DNA from: Tubiluchus corallicola
Lineage: Eukaryota; Animalia; Priapulida
Direction of reading: 5' to 3'
Length of the DNA stretch: 64,000 nt
NCBI GenBank assembly: GCA_030141605.1
Contig: JAQGDQ010000357.1
Coordinates: 124,001 to 188,000, forward strand
Under the pieces are notes generated by a model. That model was not told the origin of the DNA, made no database searches, and saw nothing but the letters and a program-made list of their open reading frames with translations. Positions within the stretch are counted from its first letter, which is position 1, and every line of letters begins with the position of its first letter. The position numbers were made by a program, and so were the translations under genes. Below, piece after piece: positions 40,801 to 50,689 of the stretch.

Positions 40801-43800
40801 GAAAGTTGGGTAAGATGACTACATGTGACATCTGGCAAAAACATGATAGGTGGGCAAAATTTATTGCAAACAATATCAGTAAGTAGAATGGTAAGTTGAC
40901 ACACAATACAGTTAAACTGACGTAGGCTAATATTTCTACACACAATATATTATATTGCCTACATTGCACTGTACTGTCCACAAATATACAAATGAACACT
41001 TCGTGAAAAAATATGGGTTGCCTTCTGAAAATTTATAAACCCATGAAGTACAGTGACCTGAAACACTAACTGAAAGAGCATGCTGCATCGACCAAACTAG
41101 GTAAAATCAATGTCAACAGTATGCATTTACAGAGCAAAAGATTATGTTTGGTACAGATTATATTGTCCTACACTTACACACTTGCCTTTTATAGGCTTAC
41201 TCTTTGGTCTTAAACACCCTTGCAAAACTAAATCCTCATTAATCCGAGTTATCATTTAGAGGGATAACTTACCTTGTAGCACGACATCTCCTTCCTGTTT
41301 AGTTGTATCCCTGCAGTTAAGTAACACTGCTGCTGTCTTTTGGGGATCTTTTGAATCTTTTCTCTTTTGACACATCTATAGCAAATGTAGAAAAACCTTA
41401 TAAGTGCTCCACTTTTCAAAAACAAAAACTTTATGTTTATATTTGCCTTGACCAAACCAACAATATTCTAAGCATGAAGCAATCAAGCTTTTCAAGCAAA
41501 TACACTGCGCCTGAGAGCAAGCTGACTGCCATTAAGTTAAGTCACAAAATGCCAACAAATGAAACCTGTTAAATAGCTATTCACAAATTGATATCAATGT
41601 GTTAATATTATGCGCATAAGAAGATTACTAACTTCATATTGGTGCGTCAAGTACAGACCAGCAGCGGTGGAGATTAGTGATCATTAGTGACCAAAAAATA
41701 GTGATCACTTGTGCTTCTTTTTCAAACAGCGGTGAGGGGTGGAAAAGTTGTGCTTTCTCTTTTTTGTTGTTGTAGTAGCAGCTGTTATAAACAAACTGTT
41801 CTGCTTACAAATAGTTCATTATTTAAGAAACTGATTTGTCGTGGGGAAAACGAATCCTTTAAATAAAACGGCAGCCAGCGCCCACTTAAGAAAACATGAC
41901 ATTTATTCAGTCAGGTACAAGATCTGCAATGTTTCGACATGGTTACGTGTCATGTTTACAAAAACAATTATCTAACTAAAAATATAGTATAAAAGATGTA
42001 TACAAAGATCAACACTGTGACAAGCAAACACGACAATACTAAATAGCAAACTTACATATTGTGTTACATAAAACCAGAAAACAGAAAAATACAGTTTAGG
42101 TTATTGTTGCGTAAACATGACATGTAATCATGTCGAAACGTTGCACGTCGTATCTGAATAAAAACCATGTCTTTTCTTAAGTGGGTACTGGCTGTTATTT
42201 TTATTTTGTGTTCAGTATTTGTATTCATATATACAGCAATTTTCTTCAAGTTTTGGGTACAAACAGCGACTGCCGTTTCCATCAAACATCGAAGTGTTTT
42301 AATGTTATCATATCTGCTGTTGTCAACATACTTAAATCACCAATCACTTCATTCCAGAAAAAGGAATATTTACGAGAATCCTTTTTCAGCCTACATAAAC
42401 CAAAAACGAAAAAACATGAATGTCCACTTACACTAGCCCAGGTTTCATGCAAAAGATGAGGCAGAAACACACTGATGTAGTCATCAATGTTGTGGTAGTG
42501 AGTTGTAATGGCACATATTGTTGTCTGATGTAATTTTGCTAGTAAGTCTGGCGGTGGTGTATCACATTCTGAAATAAACCACAATTCTTTAACTCCATTA
42601 TGTGTACAAAAACATACACATGGTTGCAAGGCACAATATTAACGGTCGAGTATAAATGTTTATGCAATGTACCAAGCGAGGAAGCATCTTATGATGCATG
42701 CCCAAATTCGTAGTTTTTCCATCACGAACACAAATTAGACTCAAGCAGAGAAAACCAGATTTTAATACTCTAAAACAAAGATAGGCAATGTGAAGCATAC
42801 TTAGTTGCTGATCCAGCCAGAGATTATTCCAGTGAAGTATTGGTTGAAGAAAGTGCTCTCGAGTCCATTTTGAATGATGATCACTCGGTTGTCGCCTTCG
42901 AAAAGAAGACTGCTGGTAAACATTTAACACTTCTTGAGCAAAAGGTTTGGAAATACAAAGCTTCTTCGATGGTGGTGGTTTATCCTGCTGTTGAAGCTGT
43001 CGAGGCAAACATAGTCTGGGATCATGCAGACCCACATCTTTTTCAGTTTTCACGTCTGCCTGGTCATTGCACACCATCCATTTTTTCCTTTTCCGAAAGC
43101 GTAAAGATGTGGTGGAACTGACCTTATTTATCTCATTAACTTTTGTAGTATCTTTAACAGCATTATCAGGAACAGCTCTTGAATCTTTATCCCTTAAATG
43201 TTTTAAAGAGTCCCTAGTTTGGCTTTCTTTCCAAAGTTCAAAATTCTTGTGTACCTTGTGTTGTGTCACCTCTGAACAGCAAAGGGAATCATATTCTGTT
43301 GCTTTACCATTTTTTGTTGTGTCAAAGCCATTTTCTCGAAATCTTGATGTGTGACTAACCCGCCTGCTTTTATTTCGACTTGAACATTCAACATCAGTGA
43401 CAGCAACATTTTCTTTACTTTTTGCATCAGCAGCTGACAACATACATGTCACTTTTTCTTCATGTTTACCTAAACAAAGTGAATATAAAAAAGATACAGA
43501 AGCATGTCAAAAATATAAATATAAAGCTCTAACTTTAAATTTGCCTGAATGACAAGCAATGTGTCAAATTAGCTAACACGGACACTGCAAATGCAACAAA
43601 AATGCAACTTCGTTCTTTGTTACTAAATCTAGATCTAGATCTAGCAGGAATTTTATTTATACCAATTTCTGAGGAACTCTTCTTGAACTGTTTTTCCTCA
43701 GCATTTTTAGCAGGCTTGACTGGCATTTTGGCTGTTATGTTCCACTTCTGAAATGAAAAACACGCGTACTTATATAGCAGAAAATGTCAGACTATACAGC

Positions 43801-46800
43801 ATACAGAAATGCAAAATACCAGAAGAGCAATATTGTACGGTTTAGCTAATTTATGACTGCAATTATGTGAAACGAGACAGTCATTTGCATAAAATACTAT
43901 TGAATAGAAATAATAAACTTATATTGGAATAGCAATAATAAATGATTTAAAATAAGACTGAATTGTTTTTTGTATTCTTTTAGTGTTGCAAGTTCACGGC
44001 CAGCAACATAAATGCAAATGAGTAATAAAAAAATAAAAAATTAACTTACTTTTTCACTAAATGTAGCTTTATGATGTTCATGTTTCTCCATCCTTTGATT
44101 TCTGCTTTTTCTGGCAACACTTTTCTGTTTCTTTTTGTTTGCATGTTTTTCCAGACTTTCATCACATCTACTAATTTTATCAGATATTTCCTTTGCACGT
44201 TGCTTGTTTATCTTTTGCCTACGACTTGGTGAATGGCTACTTAAGGGCAACTGCGGCAAGTACGTTGTCGTACTCTGCACATTGTTTTCAGTGATTTTGT
44301 GTATTACATCATCTAAATTTTTTTTTGGTTTGGCAATGTTAGCTTTGTCACTGTAATCATGCTCACAGAACTTGTTTGTCGAATTGCCTATTACTGCATC
44401 AGACAGCATTTGGGAAAGAGTATCCTCGAAGCTCAGAGGTGAAGTGCGTCGCTCACAGTCAAGTAATTCTTCATATGGTGAATCTATATTCTGGTTTTCT
44501 AGGCTAGGCTCCTGACTTCCCTCCCGTGCAGTACTTTTAAACTGATCCAGTTTAAAATCAACAACTTCTTCATTAGCAACATGAAGTGACGATACATCAG
44601 CAGACATGTAGCCATTCACCATACCTAGATGACTGTCTTTTGGGATCCTGTCTTCTGTTTCCTGTGGGTGTTCCTGCTTCTCTTTCTCATGTTCATGACT
44701 TTTAAACTGATCTAATACTGACAATGCATTAACATCTTCTTCATTGGCAGCATGCATCAATTTCTCATCATTTTGTTCAACATCTTCATCTGTACCATCT
44801 GCTGGTTTCTTTTCGTCTTCATCATTTGGTTCACAAAAATCGTCAGGCAAAAATTCAAATGAAATTCCACTACTGACACTTTCACAGTCATCGACAGCAT
44901 CAGCAAGTTCTTCTTTTATTGCGCTGTCATTAAAAACCTGAGACAATACTAGACAGTCTTCATCCGAATCGATAACAATGATTTCTTCTTCTTTAGAAAA
45001 TACTGATAAAGCACTAACATCTTCTTCATTGGCAGCATGCACCAATTTCTCATCATTTTGCTCAAGATCTTCATCAATATCATGTGCTAGTTTCTTTTGG
45101 TTTTTATCATGATCACGTGCTTCACAAAAATCATCAGACAAAAATTCAAAAGAAATGGCACTACTGACACTTCTACAGTCATCGACATCACCAACAACTT
45201 TTTTATTTACTGTGTTATCATTAGAAACCTTAGACAATACCAGACAGTCTTCACCGGAATCAATAACGATGACTTCTTTTTTAGAAAACATGTCTTCCTG
45301 TTTCAGATCTTCATTAGATTTCTGAATGTTACTGCTATTGCTGCTTTGCAAATTTATTTCCTGCTGATCATCCTGTTTAAGAACCTCACCAAATTTCTGA
45401 ATCTGAGTGCCGATGCTGCTTTCCAAATTTGGACCGTGCATATCATCCAATTTGAGGACTGCATTAGATTCCTGATTATTACTGCTACTATTGTTAAGTA
45501 AAGCTGTTTCCTGGAGATTTTCTGAAGCTGCGCTAGACATATCACATTTGTTGTCACCAGAGATATCACGTACTGCTGTCTGTTGCGAAACCACAATAGC
45601 ATAATCTGACATGAATGTTGTGGTTAATTCCCTAGGTTTTATAAGAGTAAGTTTATTATGCCAGTTAATCATATCATTCATAAGAATCCCATAGTCAGGA
45701 TCCTTATAATACATAATTCGCCTCAAGACTGGTTGATCTTCCTCTAAATCATCTGGAAGTAATATGCTTTCCTCATCCATGCATGTATCAATCTCATCTT
45801 TTTCAGTATTTAATTGTACAACTTTTTTGTCATTTTCCTCTGACGACTGCAAAGAATTTGCATTCTTTGTCTCAGTACAGGAACGTTCTGTTTCACTGGT
45901 TATTCTATCTGGCTCTATCTCATTTGTGACAGGACTTGCAGAATTATCAAAAATGTCTGAAACTGATTCAGAAGTTTGGCATGCATCTGACAAAACTTCA
46001 ACTGGATCAGCACATTCCAATATAACAGATTCTAAATTAGACATGTTGCTATTATACGGATTAGCTTTAACAGGTTGCTCAAAAAAGTTCTGATTCATTT
46101 GTTCTTGTTCTGGATGTCCAATTTTCTTTTGAGAGGCATGGGAATGTCCAAGCTTAAGTGAGTTATCATTTTCCTGTCTCCTTGGTTTACCAGCCGTAGA
46201 CTTTTTGGCAAAAAACCTCATAACTGAAACAGCCATTTTTCCAGTCGACTTTCTTGCAAAATGTTTTGGTCGGTGGGAAGTAGACGCAGGGTAAAACTTT
46301 GAGGCATCACTGCCGACAACAGCCTTAACATTCATAAGCTTTTCGCAAGGCAAGTCTGATCCATGCATGTCATTGAGTTGCTGTTGTCTTTTCTTACTCA
46401 ATTTGCCTGTAGATTTTTGTGCAAAATGACGCAAATTATTATTAACTAACTCATTTTGCTTGAACAACAACGGTTTGAGCACTGGCTGTTCTTCAACTTG
46501 GACCATGCTTCCTATATGGTCAGGCTCAAAAATAACTTCTGGCCCTTCATCACTGCTACAAGAGTACCTTTGGAATTTCTGAGATTTGTTGACTAGATCA
46601 GTATTTCTAGAGTCTCTATCTTGAATAACATCTTGCAATCGAAGACAATCACCAGATGAACACTGTGTTGTATGATTCTCTAGTTTTTCCTCAGATCCAC
46701 AGGAAGAGTCACTGGAAGAATCACTTTCAATTATTCGTTTTAACCTTTTCCGAGCATTGGGTGATTTCCACTTAGCAGTTTCTGAAAGATTTGCAATAGA

Positions 46801-48791
46801 TGCATTTAACGAAAAGTTATTTTTTGTGGAAACAAAATTTGCAAGCAAGTTTCTGCCTTGAATAGACATTTTCCGTAATTCACAGTAACACATCTTTTCC
46901 AACTGACAGACATTAACTCGAGTTGATTTTAATCCACAATTGGGCAATGGAGAACTACAGCTCACTTGTGGATCGACAAAATGTGATGGTTGTTGTGGCA
47001 GAAAAGGTGAATGTTCTGCTTCGTCTGCACTGCTACCTTCTGTGGAAAAAACATCACGACGAAATTTAAAAAGCTGTGGGGTTTTATGACAGAATGAGTA
47101 GTGACGAGGTGGTTTACGAGAAACAATGTCAGAAATTTTAAGCAGTTTTACTTTTGTACCTTCTGTGTTCTTTGGCACGCTTTGCCAAACATCAGCTTTT
47201 GGTTCCACTTGCACTTCGTTGCCGCTGCTTAAAACTGCTTTCTGCTTCAGAGAGGATTTGAATTGCCTTCTTGGTTTTGGCGAGGCCGTTTCATCGCTAT
47301 CACTACTGCTTGAATCAACAATGTTTCGGATTCTTCTAAATTCGTGTCTAGTCCTTTGCTTTTTGCACCTAGGTTTTTGAGGAAGCGTTTTTTCATTACT
47401 ATCGCTGCTTGTTGTAGGAATTCTGCAGCTGCTTCTCACATTTGAAGTCACTAATTCACAGGCAGAAGTTGGTCGAAGACGTGATTGATGCTTCCTCCAG
47501 CGTGCTCTCGCTTTCAAAGTGGCACAGGTCTTGCAGGCTAAAACAACAACTTTCCATTTATTAACGACAACACATACATGAATTACGACAAAATTAAATA
47601 CTTTATTTTTTGTGCATTGATAATAACCCGAATTAACCAAAAGCAACATGGTGTTAAATTTAGTAATTTACATTGTTACATAAATATTATATGCAAATGT
47701 CATATGCAGAAACCCTGTAAGCTGAACTGGTACACACAGAAAATTGTAAAGTAAACTCATAAAATATGGTGAACGTATTTTTATATACTTTACATTATCT
47801 ACCTTACCTTACATTAAGCAGCTTTGCAGTTAGTACCAATTGCAGCGATGCAGTAATTTGGAAAATTCCAGTGCTTGAAAGGAAGTATTAAATTATATCA
47901 GTGCTGTTGATTAAAGTAAACTCTGATATGTAGAGAATCTTAATTCAGAACCAAAAACAACAACAATATAATACGAAAAAAACAAAAATATAATATAATA
48001 TAATGTAATGTAATGTAATGCAATGCAATGCAATGCAACGCAACACAACACAATACAACATAATTTTTTAACTTAACTTGACAGCGTTCGTACAATAGTT
48101 GTGTTCATCTTCACACTACAGGCAAGAATTAAATGCTGTTAGAATGGATTTTTAAAAAAACTTTACGAAAAAAGTATATGGAACACTAAGTTAAAAGTAC
48201 AAATATACGGAAAACTGAAAGTGGAACTCGTGCTCCATTGGCATTATATAATTCCGTTTTTTTGTATTTCATTTAGAATGTTTCATTCCGACATCAGTTC
48301 CACTTTCACTTCTTTGTATATTTATATTTTTAACTCACTGTTCCATATATTTTTTGCAATTCTTAAATCCGTTTTAGAGCATTTAATTCTTGACTGGAGT
48401 GTGAAGATGAACACAGCTGTGTTGTCAGAAAGCTCTCAAAATAAGAAGAAATATGTTTTTTTGTATTATATCATTGTTGTTTTTTATTTCCAAATTAAGA
48501 TTCTCTACAGATCAGAACTTGCTTTAATTAACAGCACTGACATAATTTAATACTTCCTTTCAAGCATTGGAAATTACTAACAAATTACTGCACTGCTCCA
48601 ACTGGAGCTAAATGATATTCTCAGTTTAAAATGTAAGTTACGAAAAGTACCAAAGCTGGACAACTCTTAATTTTTAAGTCAGTAGAATGAATAGTAGAAT
48701 AATATTAAAACTGTGACTTACAACTATAGGAAGACGGAATTTCATGAAGTTGAACAACAGCTTTTCTATGTTGCAGCTCAGAACACAACAT
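16860..48791 (-). CDS. SETX: Senataxin-like (Sen1/SETX, UPF1-type SF1B) RNA/DNA helicase, about 2190 aa
   Basis: GT-AG exons, all phase-compatible: 48791-48722 (ATG in CCACCATG), 47537-44050, 43747-43609 (or 43624), 43469-42801, 42568-42432, 41375-41273, 40126-39956, 39296-39187, 38027-37887, 36625-36464, 35359-35143, 34172-34012, 31543-31376, 24485-24319, 22169-21963, 21273-21139, [20565-20533 optional], 19668-19479, 17006-16860 (TAG). Total is 6582 nt without the optional exon. Motifs: YISVFLPHLLHETW, FNQSQ, QGPPGTGKT, CAPSNAA, VICCTL, IIDE|ATQ, VGDPEQLPATV, SLFER, QYRM, PYAAQ, TVDGFQGQEKD, RLNVALTRAK. Confidence 0.9.
17348..17754. mobile_element. MITE with CAGGGYTCCCACAG-type TIRs
   Basis: Termini cagggctcccacag and ctgtgggaaccatg, flanked on both sides by aaataa (candidate 6-bp TSD). 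Subterminal ttttccatgac / ttttccagga repeats. Confidence 0.75.
19479..19668 (-). CDS. SETX: Senataxin-like exon: helicase motifs V and VI
   Basis: EKVTISTVDGFQGQEKDIIILSCVRA...IGFLNCRRRLNVALTRAKHSLIVLG; ttcag acceptor and GTAAGC donor. Confidence 0.93.
21963..22169 (-). CDS. SETX: Senataxin-like exon: QYRM motif
   Basis: PIFLLDTQYRMDPQIAEFPSRHIYEGKL; tgcag acceptor and GTGGGT donor. Confidence 0.92.
22240..22850 (-). mobile_element. Highly decayed LINE 3' remnant
   Basis: Minus-strand AATAAA plus (TTCTA)n tail at 22240-22270, with an eroded coding-like stretch upstream. Boundaries are approximate. Confidence 0.35.
24319..24485 (-). CDS. SETX: Senataxin-like exon: end of motif II and motif III
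   Basis: ATQTTELDCLIPLQFGMSKMVLVGDPEQLPATVLSQAA...QSLFERF. Confidence 0.93.
24570..25335 (-). mobile_element. Decayed Tc1/mariner-IS630 (DDE) transposase
   Basis: Fragments NDVPLKTA*RWI (HTH-like), AIGNYLDGKHITVKR...NKKKR, EIVLVNAALTH (cf. DNAxxH) and ILRLSLYLLMLNAVEGVWSKFKGFVK (cf. LPPYSPxLNPIExxWSxxK). Many disablements; TIRs not identified. Confidence 0.7.
25588..28947 (-). CDS. LINE ORF2: PHD finger + apurinic endonuclease + reverse transcriptase
   Basis: 1119 uninterrupted codons. PHD: CGLC..IQCSYCNSYYHRRC..FMCLVC. APE: HMNV, ISETR, GGVGLY, IYRHP, MGDLN, LIDHI, SDHLP. RT: NYRPISLL, QFGFR, DLSKAFD, GVPQGSTLGP, FADD, YLGI. Confidence 0.95.
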   Translation of the reverse strand: MHIFKNNKSNFSLSSSYFSLNLVFEILQSLFVEDVTNTDESNCCGLCYKLITNYGIIIQCSYCNSYYHRRCVSIPTYMSNNDPFMCLVCYDNVFPFSKLDDSDLRKLLYHTKFEDFSDLPDILNSQCFTLNNYDQHDPDTIIPSITSQYFSPDEFHLCIDSNSSDLTMMHMNVVSLNEEKIELIHELLSPLRNPIKILGISETRLSNVSVSNYDLPGYFELLRHDSSLKTHIGGVGLYIHSSLTYFDRSDLKLNVNNCENLWIELDAKQHAGVVVGLIYRHPGGTLDSLKHFKSELESTIKIVNAEHKKLYIMGDLNIDLLKCDSHNFTAQYIDMLFSQFCYPLITRPTRVKSKTLIDHIYSNCINTEINSGICLYNISDHLPIFATVKNISVTRDKNYKTHKRNFKNFNKQKFIDDLETSFLNFEQYLTCNSPTEYYNYFLNTLISTIDKHAPLRMLSKKECKLLEKPWITRGILVSVRKKQKMYVTLFKSNDVNKQNKYKTYANILNKLKNKSKELYYIKKFQSANKDIKSMWKIVNELVKLKSQKNCPTKLVINNEQITQPQLMADKFNKFFVEVGSTLAQNIPNVNKHHLSYLTGNLANEFRFEPTNEVEVLSLLTGLKGNKAPGADGVSNFFVKIASSVISKPLTFIINQSFNTGIFPEQLKLTKVIPVYKSNSKTKLSNYRPISLLSVFSKILEKIAFNQLSSFLLQNKVLYDYQFGFRKSHSTALALIEITNKIAEALDNDQYVCGLFIDLSKAFDTVNHCILLDKLHYYGIRHSAQSWFKSYLCDRLQYAELNGCKSNTLPIKHGVPQGSTLGPLLFLLYINDMPLSCSNLIFRLFADDSNIFLSDSNIDNLESVMNTQLNKVTEWLNVNKLSLNINKSNFMLLKKKRRTPSRNITIVLSNVIVEKKSHVKYLGIFLDEHLDWKYQINIIKHKLSKTLGIIYKLRKFVNRETLMKIYYSLVYPYLIYGVMSWGGVYKSNLEALQITQNKILKLIYHVRYDHPTNIIYLSVKTLKVKEIYDMYCLHFMYHYHNSLLPPAFQSYFSPVSNQHDHYTRYSVENYVLPLPKTNIMKQSSKYNAIKIWSSIPREMKTLNLYQFKKASKNYLLQRYN
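30443..30949 (-). CDS. LINE ORF1 C-terminal fragment (L1 transposase-22-like RRM/CTD type)
   Basis: RPRAVICKF...KREVM...VREDLTARN...TWTIDGKIFVK is the typical ORF1 signature of this LINE group. The N-terminus is missing. Confidence 0.8.
   Translation of the reverse strand: MLGSAPVMDSLAGAVASANRVNTDNPRPRAVICKFTTNRVKREVMTASRLLVKNNRQNKMPAPPFVVREDLTARNLNIVKKCISLAQSKKITSTWTIDGKIFVKDRHGARHQIKDVSDLCNYGDTRHMDRAENNVVGREDVQGMPRKVTSLPNSTTRRQTRLSSKMTV
31376..31543 (-). CDS. SETX: Senataxin-like exon: motif Ib and Walker B
   Basis: QEVLEKAEVICCTLNKCG...FTCIIIDE followed by a GTTAGT donor. Confidence 0.93.
31797..32051. repeat. (CTAAA)n pentanucleotide microsatellite, possibly an expanded retroelement tail
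   Basis: Directly visible; preceded by a more GC-rich segment of about 110 bp. Confidence 0.97.
35465..36300 (-). mobile_element. Decayed LINE reverse transcriptase fragment (CR1/Jockey-like)
   Basis: NYRPIS, HQFGFRRKHST, FLDLSKAFD, GIPQG, QYADD, FLGICVDNKLSW. Frameshift near 35690; ends in roughly 28-bp tandem repeats at 35435-35540. Confidence 0.9.
36464..36625 (-). CDS. SETX: Senataxin-like exon: Q motif and Walker A
   Basis: FNQSQ...KICMVQGPPGTGKTRAIIGLI; tttag acceptor and GTAAGA donor. Confidence 0.94.
38693..38827. mobile_element. Small MITE with internal degenerate TTAGGG repeats
   Basis: Inverted termini gggctaagtttacaattccc and gggaattgtaagctccttccc enclose ttagggttagggctagggttggg. 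Confidence 0.65.
41858..42208. mobile_element. Fold-back element of the same family as 9811-10023
   Basis: Arms 41858-41970 and 42099-42208 are inverted copies. Shares gtcgaaacgttgca...aataaaa.ccatgtcttt...gtgggt.ctggctgttatttttatttt with the 9.9-kb element. Confidence 0.7.
44050..47537 (-). CDS. SETX: Giant 3488-nt exon of the senataxin-like gene (Ser/Asp/Glu/Lys-rich, predicted disordered)
   Basis: Uninterrupted ORF; gttttag acceptor (phase 1) and GTAAGT donor (phase 0), both matching the neighbouring exons. Confidence 0.9.
47827..48614. repeat. Imperfect palindrome of about 790 bp (fold-back element) in the first coding intron
   Basis: e.g. gcttgaaaggaagtattaaattatatcagtgctgtt / aacagcactgacataatttaatacttcctttcaagc and gttcatcttcacact / agtgtgaagatgaac. 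Confidence 0.9.
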
Positions 48792-50689
48792 GGTGGAACA
48801 CTAGACACCTAAAACAAAAAAAAACTGACTTTATTTTCCATAGCCTCCTGGACTTTATCTCGGACCGACTCTTTTGTGTACTAAATTAAAGTTACTTAAA
48901 TTAAAATGATATTCAAACTGCTCAGCGCTGGATACACGTGAAATGTATCAAAATAGAGACGGATTTTTTAGACTTTTATTGGTATCTTTGTTTTTGGTAT
49001 TTAAATTTTAGAACCTAGAACTCATTAAATTATTCATATGAAAAGGCATCAACTATTACATGACGTGCACATATCCTACTGTATGTCTGTCACCGTTTGC
49101 TATTAAGAATATATTTTAGAAAACTGTTGAAAGTGGAATGTTTTCACACATAACACGTCAATATAATCATCAAAATTCTATGGAACTAAAAGATGAAACT
49201 CCACAATCCAAATACCCCACAAGAAAAGATTTCTTATCAAACACAAGGTTTTCAACTACTGTCTAATAGTTATGATCAGGTATAGAAGAATTTTAGATTT
49301 CAGATAATTTAAGAATGTGCTAAAACAAAAGCATTATGACAGAAAGACAAGTAACTATAGAAACAGTCAACAGAAACATTAACTATAAAAAAAACAAAAA
49401 AAAATGAATAAATGAACAAGAACCTATAAATAAATAAAATAATATTATCTTTCATCTTTCGTTTTTTTATAGTTACTCGTTCAATGTGATCGTTTCTATA
49501 GAAACTGGTAATTCTGGACATCACAATGCTTTTGGCTTTAACTCTGACATGTCTTTAAAATGTTAGAATGATAACATTCTTTTATACCTGGTGACAGCTA
49601 TTAAAATACCTAAAAACATAAAGATTCATAAAAAAATTAAAAAAATATTGTAGGTCTTTGATTTAACATTTTTGTCTTTTGATGACTTTAGATCACGACA
49701 GAGGTAAAAAAAATCACCGAAACTCATATCAAAAATGTATATAAAAACAAAATTTAAGTGGTACATGTAACACACATTTTGTTGACTAAGGGCCCGTTTG
49801 CACATCGGGCACCCCAATGATTCGTCATGAGTGAGAGACTGAGAAACCATGGTGTAAATACTGTAAAATAATGTTTGCTTCTTGACCACCATGCAGCATC
49901 TATTTCTTGTTGACAAACTATTATGTAGTTTAGTAACTATGTTAGTACACTTCTGTTAAATTTTTGTAATTATATTTGGAATTTTTTCCCTAACTATACC
50001 ATGCTATAGTATACTAATGTAGTTCTGTTACAATTGTTGTGACTATATTTCATTTACTAGTTATAGGGCATAATCGTTATAAAGATAATAATGCAAATTG
50101 TAATGTAAAAATTCATGCTGAAGTGATAATAAATTACAATAAAAAACAATAGGCCGAGCGACTAATAGAAACTGAGTCAGTCAATATTAGTAGCCAAAAA
50201 AGCGAACAAATTAACACAATGGCATAAACACCATCCATGAAGTACCGGCAGAAGACGGGCATTAAACAAGTCAAAGTTAAAATTTTTTGTAAACTACTGA
50301 ATAATGTTGACAATGTAGGTAACAACTACACAGATCGTGATGGATGATGCACAACCAAGTGATAACCTGAAAGCAAAAACACAGAAAATAAAATTTAAAA
50401 AATCGGCCAGAAAGTGTACTCCTAAAGAGGATGGGAGTGTAAATGTATACTCCTAAAGAGAAGCAAGTACAACTCAGCAAGAACAGCACTCTATGTGGGA
50501 TGGCATTCTCAAAATAAATACCACAATGTCGTGAAAATCTAGAAAACAGCTAGAGTCTGAAGTACCTACTCTATGACGAATAATGCAAATAAGGGCAAAT
50601 AAGATCTGGTCTTACAAAGCTAACGGTAAGCTATTTACTATTTAGCCTGCTATACAATATCATAAATCAAAAAGTTGGCACGACGCCAG

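Noticed and set aside
16860-42568. Assignment of the helicase to UPF1, IGHMBP2, MOV10 or ZNFX1
   Set aside because: No CH, R3H or NF-X1 zinc-finger domains are seen. The YxxxFxPxLxxExW segment, KICMVQGPPGTGKT, VICCTL and the giant disordered exon fit senataxin better. A phylogeny would be decisive.
47538-47649. N-terminal 37 codons of the 1202-aa ORF as the real protein start
   Set aside because: The segment looks intronic and ends in a gttgttgttttag acceptor whose phase matches the upstream Kozak-ATG exon.
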